Source: Nemertoderma westbladi
Taxonomy: Eukaryota; Animalia; Xenacoelomorpha
Direction of reading: 5' to 3'
Assembly: GCA_032718475.1 (NCBI GenBank)
Contig: JAUCBJ010003676.1
Coordinates: 1-64,000, forward strand
DNA: 64,000 nucleotides
A program made the position numbers and the translations under genes. The notes beneath the pieces are model-generated. The model worked only from the letters and a program-made list of their open reading frames with translations, searched no databases and was not told where the DNA came from. The first letter of the stretch is position 1. Each line of letters begins with the position of its first letter. Below are positions 12,842-24,949 of the stretch, piece by piece.

Positions 12842-13829
12842 CTGAAATATATAGAATTATGATTTTGTACTGTAATTATTGAAAAATGCTACTACGGATT
12901 AGTGTGGTAGTTACCTGGTAGTTATATAAGTAAATACATCATGGGCCGTGTTATTATTTTCGTTTGACACACACACCCCATATTTGTCTCTAAATCTTTA
13001 ACAAGATTGCTTGAAAATACACAACAATCCCCTAACAGACTGAATGTATACATATATGCAAGATTACAGACTGTAAGATTGCAATGTTCTAGAGTTACTA
13101 TGCGGAAATAATAACTTATGCCTTTCGTCAGCAAATATAGGCCTACCTTGTATAATAATTACCTACCACTAAACTGCCCGCCGCCTTTGTATATAATTAT
13201 ACAGGTTAATTTGCTTCTGGAACAGCATCAGTCAGTGATTATTCGGTTTCATTCGCTTCATAAGTTATTATTTCTGCATATTATAATTCTATAACATGCA
13301 ATCTTGTATTGTACAGTACCATTTTAATTATCCATTCCCCTGGATACAAATGTACCAACTTTTATCCATGTCTTCCTCATTGCACACAATGTAGACCTGT
13401 ACCTACTTGGAAAGTCAAACTACCCTTAAAACCAGACATTATGGCACTTGGATATATATAACGGTAGTTGGCTAGCTTTGAAGAGCGCCGCTGTCCCATA
13501 GGGCTAATGTAAAAGTACTCTCTCTTGGAAGACGATTTTCTGAGTAGATACACTTGGAACCAAATGTCCCAATGTGGGTCCAGGGGAATGGATAATTAAA
13601 TTTGTACTGTATGCATATACAGTAGTCTGACCATATCGACAAAAAGTTAATTTTTACGACAGTTTTTTTATTAATAGCCAATTTCTAAGAAAAACAGTCT
13701 AAGTACCGGTAACCTGGAAAATGGGTGGGTGTTATACAACATTTTTTTAGTTTCCGTAGCAAATAGGACTAGGGGAAAATTAACAATAAACATTATTGTT
13801 AATCTGGGTGGTCAGACAAGACCAGAACC

Positions 13830-14260
13830 ATCCACAAACCTACTGGAAATGGCCTCCAGCCAACCTGCAGACAGAGCGAGTTGACACGCAATAGCGCAAA
13901 CAGACGTCGTCTCCTGTCGCCATCCAACACGAAAACAAAGCCTCGGTCCTTAAGCAAGGTGTCTGATCTCTATATCGGACCACCCATTTGTGGTGCCACC
14001 GATAAGGGGTGAAGGAGGTCCGCAAACACTACTGCACTGGAACTTATTGTCCCTTACTCGTTGGTCAAAGAAGAAGTCCAAAGATTCCGTGAGCATATTT
14101 ATTATGGGAATTGTAATAAGTTTTCATTGGCTCCACACACTCTTTGCACTGTGTTGGGAGATCTGGTGGTGTGAAGCCATATCTCAAGCAGAGTTTGTCT
14201 CATAAGTCCTCCGGGTCTAGGTCCGTGTTTATGACCTAATTTATCATCAATTGATTACGG
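13830..14260 (-). mobile_element. Degenerate non-LTR retrotransposon remnant (CRE-like)
   Basis: Minus strand LCLRYGFTPPDLPTQC resembles the ALCLRYG..P..LP..C motif preceding the zinc finger in RLE-bearing elements; boundaries approximate. Confidence 0.45.
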
Positions 14261-14289
14261 GACATCAGCCAGGGTCTATGAAGAAGGAA

Positions 14290-14700
14290 ATGTCTGATCG
14301 TATGAACATAGTCTCAAACGATGGTATGCTTGAGCATGTGGACGACTTCTGATACCTGGGATCATGGATCCGGAAGTCAGGTGAGGACCTTCGGCAGGGG
14401 CAGCCTTGAATAGGCTTTCCAGGATTTGGAAGTCACATAGAATTAATCGGAAACTTAAGGTCCGATTATTTATAGCAGCAATAGTTCCAGTACTCCTCTA
14501 TGGGAGTCTATCTAACTACTGAAGACACCAAATCTCTGTATGGCACATTCACAAGAATGTTACGTCGGGTTTACTGTGTCAAGTACAATGCACACATCTC
14601 CAACCAGACTCTGATTCGATTGCCAATTGCATGGTGGTGGCAAGTATTTTTGTTAAACCAGCATAGCACCTCAATGTGCAGCTTTAACGCAGCAGGCCGA
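14290..14700 (+). mobile_element. RTE-type LINE fragment
   Basis: Near-identical to 31390-31730 (GGATCATGGATCCGGAAGTCAGGTGAGGACCTTCG; AAGTACAATGCACACATCTCCAACCAGAC), with deletions and a 3' UTR piece. Confidence 0.85.
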
Positions 14701-15859
14701 TTATATATATATATATATGAGTACTGGTTCTACTGCTGCTCTTAATAATTCAACCTTATGATTCCTATGTATTACACGTCGACCTTCCCTTGATATAGAT
14801 CCCTGGTTATTGAGATGCACTTTGATTGGGCGTTGAAAGTATGTAAGGAATGGAGAAAGTAGGTGAAATAGGCGAAGTGTAGTGTAGAATAGCCTGTGAC
14901 AGACACAAACACACACCCCACCGCCGCCGCCATTTCAATTTTTAGAAATAGAAAGTAAAGTACTGCGAATGTTAACACAACACATACTTATAGACGAAAC
15001 TACATTATATGCAAATAAAGAGGATGTCTACTTACAATTATAGACTTTCATTTTTATATCTAGTAGAATTTGTCTAGACTCACAATAGTAGCAACTCAGT
15101 GTATACATTTAATTCTATAAATGGGTCCGTTAATGTGCATTGTTCAACTATATTTTTATCGCAAACAACACCGAAAGGATATATTATATAATAACGCAGT
15201 TATGGAATTATATTTTAGCCATTATCTTTTATTTACGTAAAACTATATACAAAATATGTTGCTTAGCAGTTCTCATCTCTATTACAATCCAAACTGACGC
15301 TCTCGGATTTTAAAAACGAATGGTTTTTACACCAAATTAAATGTTTTTTTTCACTATATAATTTTCACTAAAACATATATTCCTCCACTGAAATATATTA
15401 ATCATCACTAAAAAATATTTTTTTATCAACAACAATATAGCTATAACCTGTTCTATTGAATAACATGCCACTGTAACCTGCTCCTGTCCCTTATTTATTG
15501 ATAATATATTTAAGCGAAAATTAATATATTTTAGTGATTATTAATATATTTCAGTGATTTTTAATATTTTACTTTGAAAATTAATATTTTATTGATTTTC
15601 ATGTTTATATTTAGTGAAAAAATATTATTTTTTTAGCAGGTTGATGAATGACTGCCTTTTAAAACGGCTCGAACGAAGTTAGTAACTTAGTTACCCTTCA
15701 ATTGAATTTGTATCCCATTAGGGTGGCATTGTTAGCCAACGAGTATTACACCTTATACTCGTGGAAACGTATCAATACATCGCTTACGTTCGAAATCGGA
15801 AGATGATTGGCTGATGAATCAGCCAGCCTGGAACCCTTCCAGGCAGTTCCACACCCAAC

Positions 15860-16045
15860 ACGCTCGTTCCTAATAGTTCCTTATCCATCCAGCTCGTTCC
15901 TAATACCTACCTATTCTTTACTAATAGTTCCTGAACGTACCAACTTTTCCTAGTTCCTGAACGTACCAACTCTTTTCTTATAGTTCCTGAACATACCAAC
16001 TCGTTCCTAATAGTTCCCGAAACTACTAGCTCTTTCCTAAATCTA
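15860..16045. repeat. Degenerate ~30 bp tandem repeat (CCTAATAGTTCCTGAACGTACCAACT)
   Basis: About 6 imperfect units seen directly. Confidence 0.6.
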
Positions 16046-16601
16046 CCAGGGTTGTTCTCACAAAAAGTGGCCAAAATTTTGAGAAAAAATTGTCAATTTT
16101 TTATTTGTCAAAACCATATAAATATATACATATTTCGAGAGCTCTCGATGAGGCGATTTCGAATACACTAGTGGGCCGTTTTTTTAGTAAAGTCGTAAGG
16201 TTTTATTCGCGAAAAACTAATGTCCACAATGTAACATTTTGTCCTTGGTGTAACGCTACTTGTTAGCCAATCAGAAGCCTTCATTTCACAGAACGCCCAC
16301 AATCTAACTCGTTGTCTCGAATGTAACGCTACTTGTTAGCCAATCAGTATCCAGGATTTGACATTTAAAATATATACCAGAAATTCAACAGTCACTTTAA
16401 TGTCATGTACGGATTGATTTTATATTTATACGGGTTTTTTACGGATTTATTTATCGACCCAATGGCTGAAAATAATATTTTTCAAATCAGCAAATTATTT
16501 AGTTTGTATTATTGCATACATACAGAATGAATATACATACTATTGTAACAATAATTGTACAAAATAGTTAACGGAATCCTTAAAACCATCACTGATTACA
16601 T

Positions 16602-17110
16602 CACCCGCTCCCTAGACCCCGGACCCCTCCCAGCACCCTTAACCCGCTCCCTAGACACCGGACCCCTCCCAGCACCCTTAACCCGCTCCCTAGACCCCGG
16701 ACCCCTCCCAGCACCCTTAACCCGCTCCCTAGACCCCGGACCCCTCCCAGCACCCTTAACCCGCTCCCTAGACCCCGGACCCCATCCCAGCACCCTAAAC
16801 CCGCTCCATAGACCCCGGACCCCATCCCAGCACCCTAAACCCGCTCCATAGACCCCGGACCCCTCCCAGCACCCTTAACCCGCTCCCTAGACCCCGGAAC
16901 CCCTCCCAGCACCCTTAACCCGCTCCCTAGACCCCGGACCCCATCCCAGCACCCTTAACCCGCTCCCTAGACCCCGGAACCCCTCCCAGCACCCTTAACC
17001 CGCTCCCTAGACCCCGGACCCCCTCCCAGCACCCTTAACCCGCTCCCTAGACCCCGGACCCCATCCCAGCACCCTAAACCCGCTCCATAGACCCCGGACT
17101 CCCTCCTAGC
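16602..17110. repeat. 39 bp C-rich minisatellite, ~13 copies
   Basis: Unit ACCCGCTCCCTAGACCCCGGACCCCTCCCAGCACCCTTA repeated head-to-tail. Confidence 0.95.
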
Positions 17111-17309
17111 AACGGGTCATTCCATGTCAAGTCCAGGGGCGGATCCAGGAATTTAAGTTCTATGGTGCGCACAATTTGTGAAGTTTATCTTTTGGTCTGG
17201 GGGTGCTGCCCAGCGGTTTCGGTAGACAGAACCCCTGTCGCCCTGGTGGGGGTAAAGGGGACGGACACCCATCCAGAAATTTAGTGTCCTCAGCATGGAC
17301 GAACAAATA

Positions 17310-17790
17310 GGACCATATATGGACTACCAAATCTCTGGATGGCGCATTCACAATAATGTTACCCCGGGTTGTTCACTGTGTCAAGTACAATGCACACATC
17401 TCCAACCAGACACTATATAACATTGGAGGTGTCTCATTGGTTCCCCAATGCTTGACACTAGAATAAAGCCGATTCCGCATTGCAGGACATTGTTTTCGCC
17501 GTGAGGACCAGCCTGTGCACAATCTTGAGCTTTGGCAGCCCCATGGAGAAAATATGCTTAGTGGACAGCCCATGACTTGATGCCTCCTAAGGGAAACTGG
17601 CCTTGAAAATGCAGATAATCTCGCGAAAGTCATGAGGGATATGGAGTTGTGGCGGTGCAATTTTGATTGGCATAGCATTCTTAATGAGGCTACATTGGTC
17701 TTTCCAATTGTGGATTGCATGGTGGTGGAAAAATATTTTTGTTGAGCTGGCATAGCATCTCAATGTGCAGTTTCAATGCAGCAGGCCGAT
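17310..17790 (+). mobile_element. RTE-type LINE 3' fragment
   Basis: Homologous to 31640-32045 (CCAAATCTCTGGATGG...CGCCGTGAGGACCAGCCTGTGC...CATTCTTAA). Confidence 0.85.
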
Positions 17791-17899
17791 TATAGATAGA
17801 TAGAAGGTCATACAAGATATCTAAATAAAGATACTACAGTAGTATACTTATACTACTACTACAGTATAATTGGCCTGTTACATTGCAGCTGTACATTGA

Positions 17900-18052
17900 G
17901 ATGCTATATCAGCTTAACAAAATGTTTGTCACCACCATGCAATCCACAATTGGAGTACTCCATTGCAGCGTGCATTAAGAATGCTATGTCGGCTTATTTG
18001 ACAAAATTGCGCGGCCACAACTTCCTACCCCACATGACTTTCGCGAGATTAT
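17900..18052 (-). mobile_element. RTE-type LINE 3' end fragment, inverted relative to 17615-17770
   Basis: CATGACTTTCGCGAGATTAT, CATTAAGAATGCTATG and CCATGCAATCCACAATTGG are reverse complements of the upstream fragment. Confidence 0.75.
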
Positions 18053-18103
18053 TTTATTTATACTATAGTTGTTTAATTGCGACGTAGATAATGTCAACAT
18101 TGA

Positions 18104-18672
18104 TAACGACGGTCGATCTGGCTCCAGTATTTAATAACGACGGCGATCTGGCTCCAGCATTTAATAACGACGGTCGATCTGGCTCCAGTATTTAATAACG
18201 ATGGTCGATCTGGCTCCAGTATTTAATAACGACGGTCGATCTGGCTCCAGTATTTAATAACGACGGTCGATCTGGCTTCAGTACAGTATTTAATAACGAC
18301 GGCGATCTGGCTCCAGCATTTAATAACGACGGTCGATCTGGCTCCAGTATTTAATAACGATGGTCGATCTGGCTCCAGTATTTAATAACGACGGTCGATC
18401 TGGCTCCAGTATTTAATAACGACAGTCGATCTGGCTCCAGTATTTAATAACGACGGTCGATCTGGCTCCAGTATTTAATAACGACAGTCGATCTGGCTCC
18501 AGTATTTAATAACGACGGTCGATCTGGCTCCAGTTTAATAACGACGGTCGATCTGGCTCCAGTATTTAATAACGACGGTCGATCTAGCTCCAGTATTTAA
18601 TAACGACGGTCGATCTGGCTCCAGTATTTAATAACGACGGTCGATCTGGCTCCAGTATTTAATAACGACGGT
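18104..18672. repeat. 31 bp minisatellite, ~18 copies
   Basis: Unit TAATAACGACGGTCGATCTGGCTCCAGTATT, no spacers. Confidence 0.95.
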
Positions 18673-19095
18673 TGATAATTTTATTTATCAATAACGATCT
18701 TTGTTGGTAGCTTATCGGCCGTCATAATATTACTGTACATCGAATTAAAATACCAAAAGTATGCCATACACCGAACAGTACCAACAACTATTTCAATATT
18801 TTACGAAAAAAGTTATCGAAACAATATTTTTTGTTCTGGAGGATTTTTAAAGTACTAAGATATCCAATGATAATTCATAAAATCTATCAAAAATTATTTA
18901 GTCTAGTTAAAAATATTTAGGTTTTCGGGGGGGGGGGGGGGGGGGGGGTCAACTAACGCAGTCGCAGTGGTACGGTCCTAGGATAGGCGTGGGAAGAACT
19001 ATCTTATAAAAAGTTCGCAATTGGGACACATACAAACGGATTGTATCTTATTCGGCTTAACATTCAGTAGGGCCTATGATAATTAGATATATTGG

Positions 19096-20338
19096 TGTTC
19101 GGACACTTCCCCCCCCCCCCCCCCCCCCCGGACTGTTCCCCCCCGCTCAAGTAGGACACTCCCCCCCCCCCCGGACACTTCCCCCCAGACACTTCCCCCC
19201 CGGACACTTCCCCCCCGACTGTTCTTAACTTCGCACATTCGTATTTTTCATTTTGTAAGGTAAACGGACCGCTTGTATCCAGACAAGTTGTATCCAATTT
19301 TCCTTTCGTAGCTCAGAAAGTGATCTTTTGCATCCCGATTTTACATTTTATATCCAAGTTTTATTTATGGGTTTTATCAATGCAATTACATCGTATTGTT
19401 TGCTAATCTTTAAACAATTAATTAGATGACCTATAAATTCCATCCCCCGAATGATATACTGTTTTTATTAACTATAGAATTATAATAATTAATTGTTTTA
19501 ATTATATGTATTATTATGTAATAGTCTTCTTCAAATTGTAGCAGATGGGGATGAATATTATTGTTGCAATCAAAATTATACCTCTCCAGGGTAAAATCGA
19601 CATGCGTCGACCTGTATTCTGTGTTCAGCATTACATATTGATATACATATTACTATACATACTATAGTATATAGATATTATACACACTACATATTAAATT
19701 TCCTGGTTACTTGCAATATTTTTAATAGGATTTTGTTGAATTATATAATATTGTAGTAATTTATATATTAATTTGGTTAACATTCAATACAGCTCCTACT
19801 TTAGGCTTAGTCAATTTATTATCTGATGATACAAACATGAATTGATTATTTCAAAACGGTCTCAAAGTCTTTCACCACGGGCACACAGGGAAATGCCGGG
19901 GTTTGGGGGCAGCAGCCCCGAACAAAAGAAGCGGGGGTTTGGGGGCGGCAGCCCCCAAGAAAAGAAGCGGGGGTTTGGGGGCGGCAGCCCCCAAGAAAAG
20001 AAGCAGGGATTTGGGGGCGGCAGCCTCCAACAAAAGAAGCGGGGGTTTGGGGGCGGCAGCCCCCAATTAAAAGAAAAACAAACAAAATTTGACTATAAAA
20101 ATGTTTCTTTTATAATTTTGAAAAAACTTGTCTAGATACAACTTGTCCTGTAACCATCTTTAACTTTTGTTTATTGCTTTGATGCACCCAGATTAATTTT
20201 AACACTTTAACTGGGGGGCAAGTGTCCGGGGGGCAAGTGTCCGGGGAGGGGAAGTGTACGGGGGGAAGTGTCCTACTTGGGCGGGGGGAAGTGTCCGGGG
20301 GGAAACTGTCCGGGGGGGGGGGGAGTGTCCTAGATCCC
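19096..20338. mobile_element. Non-autonomous foldback (MULE-like) DNA transposon
   Basis: Subterminal arrays GGACACTTCCCCCC (left) and GGGGGGAAGTGTCC (right) in inverted orientation; flanked by ATATATTGG at 19087-19095 and 20339-20347 (9 bp). Confidence 0.7.
19898..20066. repeat. 36 bp tandem repeat, ~5 copies, each with a GGGGGC-GGCA-GCCCCC hairpin
   Basis: Unit GGGGGTTTGGGGGCGGCAGCCCCCAAGAAAAGAAGC. Confidence 0.9.
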
Positions 20339-20405
20339 ATATATTGGCTTGTTTGAATTTTCTTGCGGTTATTTGGATTGTATAGTCTCAGTAACTGTAA
20401 CTTAC

Positions 20406-20894
20406 TTTCTGTCTGAACGTATCCAACAGATGTTTCCTGTAGTGCTTACTCTCTGGCTGCATGTATACCCGAGGGTGTAGAGGATGTGTCGGCTCATCAA
20501 TAAATATTACCATTCCAGGTACATCGTTGTCATTTTTACGGAATCGTTTTGTGGAGACAACACGTATGCTGACAGGCTTCTCAAAATACTTTGTAAACCA
20601 CTGGTCTTGAATTTCCCTGTTGTTTTTCTTTGCCCATCCTATGGTAACTGAGCATTTAGACTGTCCGCCATTGTAACTATCCACCATAACATTATCCGTC
20701 TTATATTTCACCCATGTGTCCTGGTCTAGATATGAGATTGTTGGAGACTTTATCGGCAGTGAAGATAAAGTCTGACCTGCTAAAGAGGATGGTTTCTCTC
20801 CGCTAGAATTTGTTGAATATATTTTTTGTTTCTTATGTTGTCCCTTTGCTGTTTCATTCACAATAGTTACTTCTTGACAATCCTCCCTAGCCAT
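20406..20894 (-). CDS. Coding exon of an unknown gene (probably spliced to 12461-12841)
   Basis: 163 open codons from ATG 20894, upstream acceptor TAGCAG at ~20901, consensus donor AAA|GTAAGT at 20406/20405 in phase 0, compatible with the phase-0 exon at 12841. Confidence 0.55.
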
Positions 20895-22009
20895 TGCGCC
20901 TGCTATTCTAATTTATATTTTTATTATGGATAGTACATAAATAAGGCTTTATTATTGAATATAGTACATGTTATCTTAGATATAGCTTTGTGTTGGAGTT
21001 GCTATTTAGAGAATAGCTAACTCGCTTCTAACAAATTTATATTACATACAGTATTGTAACAATCCCGTAAATTTGGCAAATATTCTAGAACTTGGAATTA
21101 TTCAGATGCTAGGTAATGTACTCCATCCCATTGACGAATTACGAGCCAAATAACCTTATATGTACATAATCTACCCAAACTAGAACCCCTAAACCACCGG
21201 CTCCACACCATCCCCACTCCACTCTCACCACCCTCACCACCCTCCCAGTTCCCTCACACACCCCAAACCCACAATCACCGACACCCAACGCAAACCCAAT
21301 CCGACCCAACACTGACTCAAAACGCCTAAAACTATTAATATTGTAACTTTTGATTAAATATTAATATATATGTATAATGTATATATAATTTCTACCCAAG
21401 GCACCTTCTTGCAGACAAAGATGACCAATAAACTCGACGTAAGGATATTTACAAATTCAGCAGATGTGGTTAAACCCCATAAATGCGGGAATTGTACGGG
21501 AATAACAAACAGCAATGCGCAATGGTGCAATTCATTCAACGGCAAGAAATATCGAAGACTCTGAAACAACATATTATTAAAGTTAGTGAATCATTATTCC
21601 TATTTCGGCTGTGCATGTTAAAGTTAATAAAGCAATAAAATCGATAAGTTCATTCATGCATCTCCATCCCCCCAGAGATCGATGGTGAAATAAAATTCAA
21701 AGGATAATAATGCATATGACAGAAACCCTAGGCAGTGAGTCTCACTGTGTATTAATTTGTATTTGTACAATATTATTATTTAATATTTTATACAGCCATA
21801 TATAAACTTTTTTTAAGATTTTATACGAATGTCCTTTATTTATTTTTCAAAACAACAACTTTATAGTAGAATTGATGTGGATAAAAGTCGTATAAAGTAG
21901 CATAATATAACAATCTAATCAACACGTAGTGTTATGTTGGTGAATTCTAGCAATATTGCTAGCATACTGCATCATATTATTGTTAGGAATTAAATTACAA
22001 TTAAAATTA

Positions 22010-22270
22010 CATGCTCTAACTGCCAGGTCTCTCTACGGTACATATGCCAGGATGCTGCGCTGGGTGCACAACATTACCTGCACGAGGTTTTATACAACTA
22101 TGGCAGCATCTCATTGCCAAAACCCATCATCACCCTGCTGTGGGCTGCAGTGACGTCACCTGAAGCTTGCTTGGCTCTGTTTTCGCAAGATCAACCTCTA
22201 CACAACCGTGTACAGTGGCAGCCCGCTGGTGAGAATAACCGTGATGGACAGCCAGTGATTTTCCATCAAT
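22010..22270 (+). mobile_element. Old diverged RTE-type LINE fragment
   Basis: HALTARSLYGTYARMLRWVH resembles WALTAEDTKSLDGTFTRMLRRVH of the 30265-32057 element. Confidence 0.6.
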
Positions 22271-22349
22271 TGCCTGGTCAATGATACCTGATGGTATGAA
22301 CGGTATGATGGTATAATATAGGTATAATAGGTATGAACAGGAAAAGTGT

Positions 22350-24153
22350 ACGGCTGGCCGCGAGATCTGGGGCCGCTATGTTGCTGGGTCCGTCGGCACT
22401 GTGTGTGGCTGGCCGCGAGATCTGGGGGCGCTATGTTGCTGGGTCCGCTGGCACTGTGTGTGGCTGACCGCGAGATCTGGGGGCGCTATGTTGCTGGGTC
22501 CGCTGGCACTGTGTGTGGCTGACCGCGAGATCTGGGGGCACTATGTTGTTGGGTCCGCCGGCACTGTGTGTGGCTGACCGCGAGATCTGGGGGCGCTATG
22601 TTGTTGGGTCCGCTGGCACTGTGTGTGGCTGACCGCGAGATCTGGGGGCACTATGTTGTTGGGTCCGCCGGCACTGTGTGTGGCTGACCGCGAGATCTGG
22701 GGGCGCTATGTTGTTGGGTCCGCCGGCACTGTGTGTGGCTGACCGCGAGATCTGGGGGCGCTATGTTGTTGGGTCCGCTGGCACTGTGTGTGGCTGACCG
22801 CGAGATCTGGGGGCGCTATGTAGTTGGGTCCGCCGGCACTGTGTATGGCTGACCGCGCGATCTAGGGGCGCTATGTTGCTGGGTCCGCCGGCACTGTGTG
22901 TGGCTGACCGCGGTCTGGGGGTGCTATGTTGTTGGGTCCGCTGGCACTGTGTGTGGCTGACCGCGAGATCTGGGGGCGCTATGTAGTTGGGTCCGCTGGC
23001 ACTGTGTGTGGCTGACCGCGAGATCTGGGGGCGCTATGTTGCTGGGTCCGCCGGCACTGTGTACGGCTGACCGCGAGATCTGGGGGCGCTATGTTGCTGG
23101 GTCCGCCGGCACTGTGTGTGGCTGACCGCGAGATCTGGGGGCGCTATGTTGTTGGGTCCGCCGGCACTGTGTGTGGCTGACCGCGAGATCTGGGGGCGCT
23201 ATGTTGTTGGGTCCGCTGGCACTGTGTGTGGCTGACCGCGAGATCTGGGGGCGCTATGTTGTTGGGTCCGCCGGCACTGTGTGTGGCTGACCGCGAGATC
23301 TGGGGGCGCTATGTTGTTGGGTCCGCCGGCACTGTGTGTGGCTGACCGCGAGATCTGGGGGCGCTATGTTGCTGGGTCCGCCGGCACTGTGTGTGGCTGA
23401 CCGCGAGATCTGGGGGCGCTATGTTGCTGGGTCCGCCGGCACTGTGTGTGGCTGACCGCGAGATCTGGGGGCGCTATGTTGCTGGGTCCGCCGGCACTGT
23501 GTGTGGCTGACCGCGAGATCTGGGGGCGCTATGTTGTTGGGTCCGCCGGCACTGTGTGTGGCTGACCGCGAGATCTGGGGGCGCTATGTTGCTGGGTCCG
23601 CTGGCACTGTGTGTGGCTGGCCGCGAGATCTGGGGCCGCTATGTTGCTGGGTCCGCCGGCACTGTGTGTGGCTGACCGTGAGATCTGGGGCCGCTATGTT
23701 GTTGGGTCCGCTGGCACTGTGTGTGGCTGATCGCGAGATCTGGGGCCGCTATGTTGTTGGGTCCGCTGGCACTGTGTGTGGCTGACCGCGAGATCTGGGG
23801 GCGCTATGTAGTTGGGTCCGCTGGCACTGTGTGTGGCTGACCGCGAGATCTGGGGGCGCTATGTTGTTGGGTCCGCCGGCACTGTGTGTGGCTGACCGCG
23901 AGATCTGAGGGCGCTATGTTGCTGGGACCGCCGGCACTGTGTACGGCTGACCGCGAGATCTGGGGGCGCTATGTGGCTGGGTCCGCTGGCACTGTGTGTG
24001 GCTGACCGCGAGATCTGGGGGCGCTATGTTATGGGTCCGCCGGCACTGTGTATGGCTGACCGCGCGATCTAGGGGCGTTATGTTGCTGGGTCCGCTGGCA
24101 CTGTGTGTGGCTGACCGCCTGGGGGTGCTATGTTGCTGGGTCCGCTGGCACTG
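22350..24153. repeat. 55 bp GC-rich minisatellite, ~33 copies
   Basis: Unit GCTGACCGCGAGATCTGGGGGCGCTATGTTGCTGGGTCCGCCGGCACTGTGTGTG with point variants only. Confidence 0.97.
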
Positions 24154-24949
24154 CCTATGCATACTTGAAAAATATAGTTGTAATTCTGGATACAGCATGT
24201 GTCAAATTGTTGAGTGCTATCATTTTATAAATAAAGAATTTATACAAGTGCTTGTTTATAACCGATACTGGATATAATATTAACCAAAAAGATATAACAA
24301 ATATTAACAATAACAATTTTTCCCGCTACATAATAAAATAACACATTTTCCCTTTATCGCGGGTAAGATAATTAAAATTACCGCACGCCTTTGTTTGATC
24401 ACTCCCACAGGACTGGACCCCCGTCTCCTTTGTAGCTTCATCACAATTTCAATGTCAGATTTTCACCAAACCAGCCTAACATTGCTATTAGTGGGACCAA
24501 TTACATTGCTTGCAACGTAATTATGATTGACAGATGAAAGAGAATTCTATGAAGGCGTTGCTATAAATCTCGTCGTGTACCGTGTACAATGTACAGTGTA
24601 CTGTGTACTCTGCTATTTGTCTGATTGCCTTTTGTTGTGAATATAAGAAATATAATAATGATATATGCGATTTGATCACTTTATATTATCATCTGTAGAC
24701 TAAATCAAATAAAACACAATACTCATGTAATGCTTTATCTGTGTGCCCAAGAAGTTGAGCTCATTTTTTAATATTACACATTAGTCTTCTCAATTTAATC
24801 ACATATTACCTTTATCAAATTTAAATGAATTTAATTTTCAATTATGTCATAAAAAATACGATATTCTTACTTTAATATATATTATATTGTTCTTATTAAC
24901 CCACCAATAAAAGAATATTGAAGATTTCAAAGATAGCTAGCTGGCTGTC

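Noticed and set aside
18104-18672. 31 bp repeat array resembling a CRISPR repeat length
   Set aside because: Units are directly adjacent with no unique spacers, no cas genes, eukaryotic context.
21354-21572. Possible additional exon near the minus-strand gene
   Set aside because: Splice-like sites on both strands but no supporting motif; cannot be assigned.
22350-24280. ORFs and possible CRISPR in the 55 bp array
   Set aside because: Pure tandem minisatellite; the ORFs are by-products of the repeat.
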